A stretch of DNA of 64,000 nucleotides from Moniliella sp. 'wahieum' (GCA_003971905.1 RSEE01000036.1:186001-250000), one strand, 5' to 3'; numbered from the stretch's first letter, positions 26,329 through 39,729 are shown. Numbers and translations: made by a program. The notes: a model not told the origin generated them from the sequence alone.

Positions 26329-26747
26329 GGTGCAGATGGTTGAGATGGTTGGGGCAAACAACGAGTGGTTGCTACCGGGGCCCGTGTTTGTTTAACCGCT
26401 TGGCCAGCGGCGACGCGGACGGTCACGTGATGGCCCGCGCTTCCGCGGCGGGCCGCGCCTGGACGCAGCCCATCTCGATTTGCGCGCCGGGTTGGATGTG
26501 ACAGACTTTCAAATTGCAGTGCTTGTACGTGCGCCCACTCAGTGTCGCTCCCGTGCCTGTCACACACCCAGTTTCCACCGTCCCGTTCCGGTGGAAACCC
26601 AGCTCCTTCCGAGGCTCGACAGGCTATTTAACTCCACCCCCCCCCCCCGAAGCCAACCGCCGCACTGCCTTGCTGCCTTGCTGCCCACACCCCTCCTGCT
26701 CCTGCAGGCATCGCCCCTTCTTCACTGCACGTCCACGAGCGACAAAC

Positions 26748-28462
26748 ATGACCGTTGCTACCCCGGATGACCTCGACACACTCAATCCCGCCCCTTCCTT
26801 AGGCGCTGAGGCCCCCCACGATGCGGTGCCGCCCGATACCAAGCTCCATCGTCACCGTTCGGATACCTCTCTCTTCATTCCTGACCATGCCTTGGGGCAA
26901 AAGACACTACGGATACACCCATGACTGCCGATCAGCTTGCAACCAACTCTCCCAGGAACAGGACGATATGGCCAGCTCCATGTCACCCCTGCACGAGGCC
27001 GTGTGTTTGTCATGGTCGTTGTCATGACCCAGTCACCACCCAGATTGGCCTCACCATGTCCCTGTTCCCCCTCCATGCCATCGCGACGAGTTTTGGATTG
27101 ACCAACCCTGGGGTGCAGAGGAGCTGGTTGATTGCTGGCTACTCGCTTACTTCCGGCACCTTCATCCTTATCTTTGGCCGCTGGGGGGACCTGTTTGGGT
27201 ATCGCACCATGATCATAAGTGGCTATGCCTGGTTTGCCTTGTGGAGCATGGTTGCCGGTGTAGCGGTTTACTCCAACTACATCCTTTATGTCTTTGCCCG
27301 AGTTCTAGCCGGGTTCGGCCCAGCAATGTACTTCCAAACGGTGTGGCCATTTTGGGTGCCACATACGGCGCTCCTCAACACATTAAGAAATTGCGACTAT
27401 TCTTATCCCTCTTTGGGGCGGTTGCCCCATGGGCGGGTTGCTTCGGGGCCTATTTCTGGTGTCATTGCCCAGCGGCGTCGTGGCCTTGGGCCTTTTACGT
27501 GATGGCAATGTATCTCACTGGTCTCACCCTCCTTGCTCTCGGGTCATTCCTTCGATCCATTCGCCTTCGGAGACGATGAGCTGGAGGTCGATCATTGACG
27601 CGCTCGATCTTCCTGGCTCTGGTGGTGTGTAACGGGAATGGTGCTGGTCAACTTTGGGTTTAACCAGGCGCCTTGGTGGGGCAGATGGCCTATGTTTATG
27701 TTTTGCTCATCATTGGCATCATCTTTCTCGCCGTGTTTGGCTTGTGGGAGATGCGGTGGGCGAGTCACCCGCTGATCCCGTTTCATGCGCTCAACGCCGA
27801 AACGGGATTTGTGCTGGGCTGTATTGTTGCTGGCTGGTCCGCATTCGGGATCTGGATCTACTACTTGATTCAGTTCCTTCAAACAATGAGAGGGTGTCAA
27901 TGATCATGAGTGGGGTAATGTTTCTCCCCGCTCCCATCAGTGGTTTGTGTGCCGCTATTCTCACACCACTGGGGCTGCACTACCTCGGGCCCCATCGGGT
28001 CATGCTCATCTCCATGGGTGCCTTCAGCCTGGGAACGCTGCTCCTATCCATCGCTGGCACTCATCAATCTTACTGGGGCTTACCTTTGTCTCGGTACTCA
28101 TCCAGCCGATCGGGATGGATTGCTCTTTCCCTGCTGCGACAATCATTTTGTCCCAAGCAGTAGCAAGGGAGCACCAAGGTGTGGCAGCAAGTCTCGTCAC
28201 CACCCTGGTAAATTATTCCATCTCCATCGCACTTGGCCTGGCGGGCACGGTGGAGTCCCATGTCAACCACGGAGGGGTGACTAAGGCCGATCGCCTGCTG
28301 GGCATTCGAGGAGCTCTCTACTTTGGCTTAGGCATGGCCGTGCTGGGGCTCATACTGGCCTTGTTGTTCAACGTTGACCAGTACCGCCGCGGCGGCAGAG
28401 AAAAAGAGAACGAACTCAGCGCAACCATGTCAGAATCAAAGTCGTCTTCAGCTGACGCGTAA
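26748..28462 (+). CDS. MFS drug:H+ antiporter (DHA2, Atr1-like), frameshifted
   Basis: SWLIAGYSLTSGTFILIFGRWGDLFGYR, ARVLAGFGPA..PNGVAILG, GMDCSFPAATIILSQAVAREHQGVAASLVTTLVNYSISIALG. Confidence 0.9.
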
Positions 28463-29269
28463 TAACTCCTGTCGCTCCACCAAGGGATGGGAACGCCACA
28501 GAGAGACTACTACGCACTCTCTCACACTCCTGCATCATCCCCTGGGCTTGCCGCCGCGTGCGATATCCAGTTCACCTTCCCTATTACAATTTTTGTGCGC
28601 CCACAGCGTGCACAATGTATTCCTATAGTTACGGTTATTTGGATTTTTCTACTGTTGATTCACTTCGTGTCATTAATACTGAGGCGTTTAGCGTTCACGG
28701 CTCAGGCGCTCAGTAATACTCAACCTGCATGCCATCTCCATTATTCGGCTGTGTGCCTTCCATTTCCCTTTGATTGCGTTCCTGAAGGTCTCGGACGCAA
28801 AAAAACCGTTATGTATGCTGCTTCTCTCGCAGATCAACAGCTTGGCCTGCCACCCGTGTTTGAATCCATGATGATATAGCATTTGCAAAACTTCAATGCA
28901 CTGCCACTGTGGGGGGTGGACATTTTGGGAGAAGCACCTCACTCCGACGCCAGTAAGATACTAGGGAAGACAGTCACTGACTCCAGTTTCTCATGAACCG
29001 TCAACGCCCATCGAGTCCTTGGGATTGATGAGTACATGCAACAGTTATAAACGTTCACTGCAGCTCTTTCAGGTTAGATGGTCGCCTCGATGATGAATTA
29101 AGGATATATATATTCCTTGTTACGCTTCCTGGCATGATAGAATAACGTGAGACAGAGCCGTGACAGCGACAAAGAAAAAGGGTGGTGATGCAGATACAGA
29201 GGGATATCAACAGAAAAACGTATAGCGCATCACCTGCCCGCAGAACCAGGCGTAGAGCTTCGATGACTA

Positions 29270-31051
29270 CTAGCCCTCACTTTTCCAGCTGGGATCCTTG
29301 TTGACTCCCTGACTCAACCGAGGCCTCATTTTCGCGGTCCACAATCCCACTTGTCCAGTTGACTCTTGTGGAGGGACGAAATGGGTCCATGGTAGGTGCG
29401 CCAGGCATAGGCAACGTACCAAATCATGGCCAGCAATAATATACCTAGGGCAACAACCCAAGAGTAATTAAAGGTGGAAGCGTCGTAGTCCCTAATCACA
29501 GGGAAACAAAGAACCGTCACTTCAAACGTGGTCCATACAATCGCAATGCCGTTCACCACGCGGGAAAGAATGCCTTGGCCAAGGTAAAAGGGCCCGGGCT
29601 TGAATTGGACGTCAGGATGGTTTTGGAAAATTTGGCGACAGACGATAGGGATAAGGTAGGAAGTGTCCATCCCCACCGCCGAGAGGGAAAAGATCGCCGA
29701 CACGGCTACGCGTGATGCAAAGGAAAGGAAAATAAGAGCAATACAGAGGATGACAACGAGCCAGACGGCATTGACTGTCTGCTTGGTCTTCTTGCTCACC
29801 TTGGCAAAGAACTTGCGGTCGGGCAGGCCACCGTCACGAGAGAATGCGTAGAAGGAGCGAGCATTCGCTTGGAGGGCCGTCTGGATGACAAACCAAGCTG
29901 TAGCCATAATGAAAGGCCAGATGATAAGGAAGCCCACCTTGGTAGCCCGGACCCGCAGAATCTGAGCAAAGATAAGTTCGCCCGGCATAGTGGACACATC
30001 ACTCAAGTCCATTCCACCCGAAGAGTAGACGAGGGCAATGTTGAGGAAGAGGCCAAACAAGCCGGTGCCAATTCACAACAAAGATGGCTACCGGTGCAGC
30101 AAAAGAGGCACGGGCAATGTCCTCTGACATGTGGGCACTTGCGTCGTAGTCAGTCATGACAAACTGAACCGACTGCAGGCCAACAAAGAGTCCCATTGCT
30201 TTTGATCCCCAGCCTGTCAGGTCTTGTAGGTTGCCCACATCATGCGAGCTCAACATCTCGTGCGAGGGTGTACGAGCGAGGCATACATGGCCGTGACGAC
30301 AGTTGCACCCAGGTTGATAAACACATAGCTTGATGTGAAGCGAGCAAGCCACTTGTTTGGGAAGCAGCAGATCGCACCGTGAATAACCATGATGGCAATG
30401 TAGAGGCCCACGTAGGCACCTGTGTTGGAGCCATAGCTGTTGGGGGCTGGGATGTATCCATTGGCCACATAAGCGTAGGCCCACAGCATGGACGACAGAC
30501 CCCAGGCCGTTCCGGCAATACCAGCAATCTGGCCGGTAAAGTTAAGCCAGCCCGTAACCCAGGCCACAAAGAGGCCCAGCGATGGGGCACGACAAGACCA
30601 GCAGCCGAATAGAGCCCCCCGGCCGAAGGGTATGCCGATACAAGCTCACCGATGGCAGATCCAAGGGCCAGGTTGAAGCAGGAGCCCATGAACCAAGCCC
30701 AGACCACAGCCGTTGGCCCGCCAGACTGATATGGCGAGTTGAAGGTTGTCGCAACGGACGATACGAGGCCCCTGAAGATAGATGCAATAGTCGTCAGTCA
30801 TGGGCGTGCTTAAACAAGAAAGAATGAACGAACATGATTGAGAAGGCAAAGGAAATGGTGCTCATGCTCTTGAACTCGCGAGAAAATTCGCTGTGGTGCC
30901 CCATGCGTGCGGCTAACTCATCGTCGTCGGATGTTTGAATGACATCCTCGTTGGCAGCAACAACATGGGTAGTGGGCAGGTCGTCATTGCTTGGAAACTT
31001 CTTGCGGTCGTCGTACACAGGGTCGCCTGCGGATGAGGACTGGAGAGCCAT
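29270..31051 (-). CDS. APC-family amino-acid/GABA/polyamine permease, frameshifted
   Basis: REFKSMSTISFAFSIM|GL (intron 30833-30772), GELVSAYPSAGGLY, WVTGWLN, YDASAHMSED, ARSFYAFSRDGGLP, FKPGPFYLG, STFNYS. Confidence 0.92.
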
Positions 31052-32627
31052 GGCAGAAAAGCGCCTGGAAGGAAGGTGGGTGGATGCAGCCGGAATGTTG
31101 ATCCGCGAGTGGGCCGCCCTATTATAGTCGGAGATATGGGTATCCAAGAGTGCCCGGGCTTGCGCTTACTGTAAAGAATGCCTCAGGGCCGAACACTGGT
31201 GGTTTTGCAGCAAAAATAACATGACGTACGCCGGGGGTCAGTGTAAGTGCGCTTAAGCTTGCACAAATACTATACGGATGGTGAATGGCGCAGTAGCACT
31301 GGAGGGGCCGTCGCAACAGCGTGGGGGCAGTGTTCCCTGGTGTGCGCGGTCTGCTCAAACAGACCCGGGTTCAACATACTCTTCAACGATCATCGCTCAT
31401 GAACCATGATGCATGATGCATGGTGCAAGAGCGTTGAACGTTGAACTGCTTGGCCTGTGCCTGGGCGTGACGCGCGTGTGGTCTGGGGCTTGGAGAAGCC
31501 CTGAGGCTGAGGCCGAGATGAGGCCAGGGGACAGGACTGCGGACAACAGCAGTGTGCCGAAGCACGGGTTTTGCGTTCGAAGAGTATGCGAAGGTAACTG
31601 CGCCTGGCCGCAGTACCCAATGTCCAGTTTCCTGCATCAGCACAGCGCCACTATGGCAGTTACCCCCGCCCTGTTTCCGTTTGGCCGATGGCCAGGGTCC
31701 ACGAACCAGATATCTTTTATCTCCCCGGGCTCACTCACCGGCTCGCCCTCTCTCTGTATTATCACGTCCACACGTCTTAAGCGCTTTAGGCCTTGGGCCT
31801 TATCGAGCCTTGTATCTCGCGGCTAACGGCTGGAGTCAAAACACTACACCAGCAGATCCCACAACTCCGCCTTCCACTCTTCTGTCCCCTCCCCCCCCGC
31901 CCCCGTTTCACCCATCACCAACAAACCCCTTCTGCCCCTGTCAAGCCTCCGCCACCTCATCGTTAATCAAACCTTTTTATCCCCTAGTACCCACGATACT
32001 ATCACCGGTCCCTCAGGACTCCACCGTCAGGAACGAACGGCATGAATTGCTCGTTCTCCCACCTCATTTACCTTTTCAGGCCTTAGGCCTAACCTTAGGC
32101 CCCCTCAGGCCTCCCGACCTTGTCGCAGGCCTAAGGCCTTCTCATCATCCAACGGGCTCAACTGGCGCCTCAATACTGCGTCCAGCAAGAAGAGCCGCGG
32201 CAACAATAAGGTTCTTGAGCGTGGCGGGTAGCATATTTGTAACGCGCAGTGATCTGTATTGTTATCTCCATGTTATCGATTAATCGGGTTATCGATTAGA
32301 TTATCGTCGCCGCAGTCATTAGTCACTATCAGTCACTTGTGACATCTCAATGTTGTGTGCATTCCATTGACAGAGCTTAAGGCTGGGACAGGGGGAACGC
32401 TACGTACATAAGATCGGCTGGGAAATCCTGTACACTTTTACGTCATAGGCACGTGCCGACCGGTGCCACGTTCCCAGCCACCCGCAGCCAGAGAATCGGT
32501 GATATTATTTGCCCTCTCCAGCGTGGAAGGGTTCCAGCGTGGAACGGTGGACCGGGGGAACGGTGGCTACGGTGGCGAAGGGGAACGGTGGCTAAGGTGG
32601 CGACGCAGCAGCTGACCGGGCCGTAGG

Positions 32628-33125
32628 TGAAAGATTGGGGGCTAGGGCGAAGCACTAGACTAGGCGATCAATGGGTGAGCGCGATGAATCGGTCACACCA
32701 ATGAGAGCCCAGAACCGCGGTTGTCCGTTAACTGAGAAGTAGCTACGCTACCAAGCTAAGGACGATTGCACTGTGCAGGGTGGGAACAGTCAGAGATAGC
32801 TTCTTGTAAGCTCCTGACGCTAGTCCAACCTTCAATGCAACCGATGGACAAGGACAAGCGCCAGAAGCAGGAAGAGAACAGGAAGAGAGAGAACAGGAAG
32901 CTCACCTGTGCAGGTGGGAACAGTCAGAGATAGCTTCTTGTAAGCTCCTGACGCTAGTCCAACCTTCAATGCAACAGGGAGAAGAGGAAGGAGGGGAACG
33001 AGGGCGCGACGGTAACCAATCCGGAGCGCGCGAGTTGCGGAGCTCTATAGCCAGTTCCGCTTGCCAGCGACATGGCCGATCCAGCCATCACACCAAGTGG
33101 TGCCACATGCCACCACACTCCAACA
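32628..33125. mobile_element. Solo LTR (498 bp) with 5-bp target-site duplication
   Basis: Starts TG (TGAAAG) and ends CA (CCAACA), flanked by GTAGG at 32623-32627 and 33126-33130. Removing it restores the hairpin seen at 17665. Confidence 0.85.
32772..32975 (+). repeat. ~70-bp direct duplication inside the solo LTR
   Basis: TGTGCAGG(G)TGGGAACAGTCAGAGATAGCTTCTTGTAAGCTCCTGACGCTAGTCCAACCTTCAATGCAAC at ~32772 and ~32908. Confidence 0.95.
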
Positions 33126-33479
33126 GTAGGCCCGGTGGTCCTCCTTGTGTGACATATGACTGGAGTGACGCCTGAAGCATGATGCATGATGCATGACGTG
33201 CATGACAAGTGGGGTGCGATGCATGATGCATGATGCATGATGCATGCCCGCCAACGCCAGACAGGGGATATGCCTTAGGCGTTAGGGTTGATGTGCCGCA
33301 CGTCACGCGTCATGCACCATGCATCACATGTTGTTCACGTGACATCACATGTGACATGCAGCATGCGGACAGCAGTGTTTACACAGTTGAACGTTCAAGC
33401 GCGCTCAAGCTTCAAGAGCTTCAAGGTGCGTTCAAGGTGAACGTTCAGTTGAACACGGTGATGCGGTGATATATGATGG

Positions 33480-34126
33480 CCATCCCCGACGAACCTCCTG
33501 TGGAGAAGAGGATGGGTCGAGGCGCGGGAGGAGGGCACTGCGCACCGACTACCGCGTAATGGGGCCTGGAACAATCGGAGGATCAGGAACGGAGGTGGAC
33601 CACACGCTGCGCACCACACGGGATCGCAGGAGGCGCAGAGCGCGTACCGAAAGATGGTGCATGATGCATGCATGATGCATGATGAGAGCACCGCGACGCC
33701 GTTATAGTTGGAACGCCGGGAGAAGGACCTGCTTCAGCTGCTGGAGCAATCAGAATGCGACGAAACGCCAAATACCAGGGACGCACTCAAGAGCCGTTTC
33801 CCCCCCTGGTTTTGACGACGCGAGGATACTAGGGCACCAAGACAGAGGGCAAGATGCTCGGGCACTGGAAGGATTTGACTACTGACTGTCAATGGAAATG
33901 GTTCCTCCCTCGGATGTCTACCACGTTCATCCATGTTCACACGCGCTTCCTCGGGTATGGGAACGGATGGCGGGCATCAGAGGGTCCTGACCTCCTGGCG
34001 ATTCCGTTCCTTAAGCGGGGTTGGCGCTACCAAGCAGCACACGCAAGATGAACGGGTCGGCTTAGGCGTAGCGTTTCCCTGTCCCAGCCTTATATAAGCT
34101 CTGTCAATGATATGGATGCAATATAG
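33480..34126 (-). mobile_element. Helitron-like family copy (5' end plus ~600-bp ORF-like body)
   Basis: Its reverse complement aligns by eye to 44520-45150 and 51615-52231; 5' motif TATATTGCATCCATATCATTGACAGAGC. Confidence 0.7.
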
Positions 34127-37100
34127 CTAATACATTCCGAAGAGCAGATGATAGATGACAGAGGGGGAGACTCAGGAGCCCGCCGGGTGTGTCTACGGGA
34201 TCAGTTGCTTCAGACAAGACGTGAAGGCGACGTGGTGCGCTTTTCTGAACCTCAAAAAGTCATAAGCGTTAGCACAGCCGATGAAAAGGGGAAGTCAAGA
34301 GAGCAAAATAAAATGAAAGTGTTGTAAGAGGGAAGAACCACTAAAAGAACGCCGAACATCTGAATCTCCTTTGAAGCCGGAACAAATACTATAGAAAACG
34401 CTTCTTGCACCAAGTCCGCGTTCGTCCAGGGTTTCCCTCAGCTCGCCCTCGCCCAATGAGGATGCAAATGGCGTCACCATGCAACTGTAGGGCAGTCAGT
34501 ATATAACTTTTCCGGCTCTCCTTCTATTCTTCTTCGTTCCTATTTTGGGATGTCGCACGAATGATGTGATATACGGACGAGCATTATAAGTAGTGTACAC
34601 CGCGGAACCATAAAGCAGTCAAAGAGAGAGAGAGTTTTTTTGAGCCACAGTTATTTCCAGGTGTCAAACTTCTATATTCTTATAGCAGGCTCTTGGTGAC
34701 GAAGACTTTTCTCCCGTTTTCAAGACGGCCACACCAGGGAAGGGGGAAGACGTATTCAATATAGTTTTCCAGAAAACGTTAGGAAATTTCTCATGTGATT
34801 CTCGTCTACTTATAAACAAGCAATTTAGTGCCATCTTCTCTCACCGTTCCGGATGAATATGGGCGCTGCGTTGAGTCATGACCAGATTCTCCGTGATCAA
34901 ATGGCCGTACAATCACAGATAGCCCTTACTGACTCAAGGAGCTAAGGGGATGGATCACGAAAACACGGATGAGAGCGAGTGAAGTATCGAGTATGAAATC
35001 GGTGTCGTTCGTCCAGAGAGGACGACAGGAGATGTGACCGCAACACAGGAGCACAAAAAAGGCGCGCAGAGAGGGTGGAGGGGGGGGGGTAGTACAGTGG
35101 CGTATCCGTCCGGGCATCGTAACACAAAAGCGACTGTCTAGGGAAGCCATCATCTACACGTCCGACAGCTGTCACATATCATAGCACCTTGGTAGACTTT
35201 ACTCCCATCGTCACAATTTCCTTCTGTTGAGCGTCTCTCGTCCTTCCCCTGTTTTCGTGTTTTGATCCATGTCCTCTTTTTTTGTGTCTCAAGAACAATT
35301 CCTCCATTCTGCGGCCCTTCGTCTCGACTGAGGTCTTTGTTCTCTCGTCTTTGAGGCGTGTCTCTCCTGGGCGTATATTTCCATCCGTAGGCATCACCAG
35401 CCTCATCCCGTCTCTGTTCTCTCTGTTCTCGTCTATACGTATGTATGTAATAGTCTATCTCCACATCCCTCTGTGACATTAATCAAATGTCCCTGCCTCC
35501 ATTATCACCGGCGGTCATATGTTGGTGCCATTAGGGTATATATGTCCCGCCATGTTTACTTCCCCTTCTTTATTGTTGCAACAAGTTATGTTCGTTAGGA
35601 ATATATGGGAGCACTAATATGGATTACATCTGTATTTACAAAAGTACTTGGAGTACCTGTGTGAGGCTTATATCTTGAAAACGGGTGCAGGCGAGGATTC
35701 TCATTGCTTACATGGGGCCATCCCTCAGATGTGCACTTGCGCTTTGGGAACTAACGACCCTGACACGCACACAATGACGAGGGGACTTTAGGGAAAGTCT
35801 GAATCTGGTTGTCGGTAAGCTCAAGAGGCATACTACGTTCATTAATCGCAAATACAAATGGCAGCAAAAGTGTACTAAAGCCAGTTAACTCGCATAGCCT
35901 CTGTGTAGGAGGGAGATTGCTTCGGATGCCGACAGGTATTCATTCAGGCTGCATGGAATGGTGCCTTATATACCAGAGAAGGAGAAGCTATCACACACGG
36001 TAGATCACGCGTGAGAGGGAAAAAGACACAAAAGGGGGCGAGGAAGATCTAGAACAAGGATCATACCCACATCCTGTGGGAATGTGTGTCTGATCCGTCA
36101 CTCTGAATGGATCAACCACACGTATACACATCGCGTCCCTCGTTCTCTGAGTCTTTTGAGTATCATGCATCATGCCGAAGCTGTCGTCACATCTCTTTTC
36201 AATGCTTGCAGTGAGTTTTTGAACTATTTTATTTCTAGGTATCGGGTGGACTTGAGGAGTTCAACAGACCCACTATATATAACGGTATACTTGATGCTCG
36301 TTGACCTCTGTCATATATAGAGTATCTCACGGATCTCGCGCATATCGCTCCCATTAGCAATCTTTCATCCCGAGACACTTTCCCTGCTCTTCCGCTTCGC
36401 ACCATGTCCTTTGCTCTTACGACCGAAGCCTCCACGTGTTACTCCGGCTTGTTCGAAACCCTGTCTCTTCCGGGTATATGGAGCTAGGAAAAGGTGTCAC
36501 GGGACGACGATCGCGCTCGCTTCTCGACTTCTCTCCCTATCACTTCTCGAATCCTCTATCTTTCGCCATCGCTCGCTATCGTGACTCGGATTCTCGGCCT
36601 AACTACAAAACCCACAACAATCATCTCTTCTGCGCTCGGGCTCGTCTAAAATCCAAATACTACACATGGTTTCGACTCGGTTTATCGCCTCTCGTTTCTC
36701 GTCTCGGGTCCGCTTTACATCTTGAACCTCGCCCGTCTCTGACTTAGTGCCTCTCGTGATTGATCAACACTCCTCCCTCCTGAATCGTTTCCCCTTTTCG
36801 CTGTATAGGCCTGTTGGTCTTTCCTTTTCCCCGTCTCTTCTATAAAACCTGCCTGTTCTTAGATCCAGTTGTCATGGCCTATTAAGCTGCCCGCCATTGT
36901 TTCCCCCTCACCCTTATTCTGTAGTCACTCTCCACTCTAGAAGAACCACCTTTTAATCAGTTCGCTTGCCCTCCCTCGCCCATCATCGGAGCTCCTCGTT
37001 TTCTCGCCCAGCTCCTAACGTGCAACCTCTTTTGCAGGGGCTAGGCTCTTCCGGACGAACAGCAAAGCACTATTCGCGACCCTCCTACGTTTACGCCAGT

Positions 37101-39729
37101 GTTCTTTGGACTTTGGATATAAACAGCGTTCAGTTCTCCGTGAGTCTTATCTCCGGTAGGGAGGAAGGTCTCCGCCTGGGAGGCCAGCAACTCCCGTTAC
37201 AGAAGGTTTAGACCTTAACCACTACCATCGCTATTGCATTGCTCAATGTACATTTCAAGAGGTTCAACATCCAAATAGTGCCTCCAAATAGCAGAGAGCG
37301 CAACGTATGTTTTGGGACGGGCCCAATGCTTCATGCTTCATGGACCACTTGTAGTGTCATAGCCCTCTCTTCTATAAGGTTTGTTGCCTTCCGAGAGAAG
37401 CCTGTTACCACTGTGGTTTTTTTAATTGTTCAAACCCCGGCCTCTTCCATCAGATGTGTAGCCTTCTAAGCTTGTTAGATCTTAGACCTCAACGTAACAT
37501 CAGATTCATCATGCATCATCGATCATCGCCATTGCATTACCGGTTACCGGTTCCCGGTTACCCCGCTCAAATTTCAACCCCGTGGGTTCCCCCAGTCTTG
37601 CACAATGCTCTTGTTGGGTGGGGTACTGGTGCATTATATGAGGAAGTGCTATCGGATGTTATTCTTAGTGCCTTCGCAGCCTCGCTTGCTTCTGTTGGGG
37701 GGGGTGCTGGGGTTCCCCTACACGGCCCTCGGTGGATCGGTGACGCTCACTCACTTAACCGGGCGGAAGAGTTCCGCTCGCAGGGCGCGCACGCCCTGCT
37801 CGCTTCATCTCCCTTCTCTCTCTCCTGTCTCCTTCCCTTCACGTTACCTGAAGACTTATGGCCCACCACTTTGCCTTCACGCCTTGTCTGAAGGCTGCTT
37901 TGCAGCTGAACCATTCTATGTTGACCAGGGTCCTATGGGCCAGCCACCTCCGCGGCACTCCTGACCATCTTACTCATCCGGGCACCACACCAGTATCCCT
38001 ATCCCCTGGCCTAGTGCCGCCCTCCTTTCTTCTTCTTCTTCTTCTGATCCTCAGTCTGGGTTCAACCCAGCTCCTGTCTTCTCTCTGCCATTGCATACTG
38101 CACTTAGGACGTCGCTGGGTAACCAGGATCATTATTCTAGTAGCTTCGTCTCTGCTTCGCTCTGTCAACATCTATATGCCAGTGCGGTGGGGCTTAGACA
38201 GGAGGGGTTACCAAAACAGGGTCAGCCAACAGTCAGCATCCTCGATCAGTGGGATCCTTTATCCCACCTTCCATTCTCGTCCCTTCCCGCCTGGTTTCCG
38301 GCCAGCTGATTGAGTAATGCAGGCAACCTCTCGTCTCCACTTAGCTGCCTCATCCTCATCATCCAACCTCGTCCTCCAGCTTTCATCCGCCCGGTCACGC
38401 GAGCCTTCCTTCAGCGGCGTCGATTCGCCCTACCACAGCGTATCGCGTGGGTTCCTTTCACAGCTACGTCCACAGCCGCCCCCGCCCAGCTTCAGTCCTG
38501 GCAGTCTTTGTCTTCCACAATCTACCCGTCCCTAAGCTCCGGAGGCTTCAGACACGTTACTACCCCCCCAAGCCGGCGCATACACAGCCTTTCCGCGCGT
38601 GCGGCCGCCTCGGCTTCACGCCCAAAGGCTTCTCCTCGGCTCGGATCCATCAAATAGCAGCCAGTCACGTGCAGGTCGGCGGGCAGTAGGGTTCACATTT
38701 TCTTTGCCTGCTCGCATATAGAACTAAGAGATGGCGGGAAACGGGGTTGCTTTGCGTGGTCCCATATCTCATCATCGACTTGCGTAACATCCATCAAACA
38801 TAGTAATCATACCTATGGAACCGCGATCATCAATGAATGTCACATGTCATCTCAATTAGCCTGTAATAAAAAGTGCGTTGTCGGTCGGCCGCACAGCAAT
38901 CTCAGTTGCTGGGCCCTTTTCCCATCCCCTCCGCATGCACTACCCATGAGACAGAGTACTCACATGTCACACTTGAAGCTCTTGAAGCTTGAAGCTTACC
39001 GTATTGCCTGTGATGTATATTTTCGCAACACCCCCCCGTCAAACACATAGGCACGCCTACCTTCCCTCCTTCCATGTGGAGATATTACCACCCGATGAAG
39101 AGAATCTGACACGTTGAAGCTGTACCCGGGACTTGTTCCTTTTTCAGGACTTAAGGCCATCAGAGTTGTGGGACAAAAAACGTTGCACTTAAAAAACCTT
39201 GCTGATGCGGCGTGCATTGCATGCTCGTTTTGGCGCCAAAATCATTTAAGAACCAAGGGGCCCCGCTAGTATAAGTCGGACCCTTGGGTGCCCGCCATTG
39301 GCTTCCACAAAATGTATGTCGTCCGTGACGGGTGAATACGAATGATGCGAATGAATAACGTGTTGTTGGTATACACATGTGAGCGCGGTGCCCGGTGACG
39401 TGAACCATCTTCAATCATATGAGGGGCTTTTCTCGGTTTATTAATTATTCTCCTTCCGGTGCCCAGCAAAACATCTTGTTGGGGGTCTTGCGGTAGCATG
39501 GTATCCGCACTCGTCATGACCAAAGGGGAAGAAAGGCTGTGGAGTGTTGCGGCATCCACTTCTGTTGCTTCTAAAAATGCGCCACATCCCTTGATGGGAG
39601 CATAGTGTATACCCCTGCATGGCCGTGTGGCTCTCTCTGTGCCCTGCAAACTGAGAGGTGCAGGGCCCCGGCCGAATATAAGCTTTCGTGCCACTGGCAA
39701 CAGTAGCCAAAGCCGTAGGGATGATTTAG

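Larger units (their letters stand above)
32358..33147 (+). mobile_element. Non-autonomous Helitron-like element interrupted by a solo LTR
   Basis: Family 5' motif CATTGACAGAGCTTAAGGCTGGGACAGGG from ~32365. Body 32427-32627 is homologous to the reverse complement of 54856-55081. The 3' hairpin CCGGGCCGTAGG|CCCGG is split by the insertion and ends CTTG-T. Confidence 0.7.
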
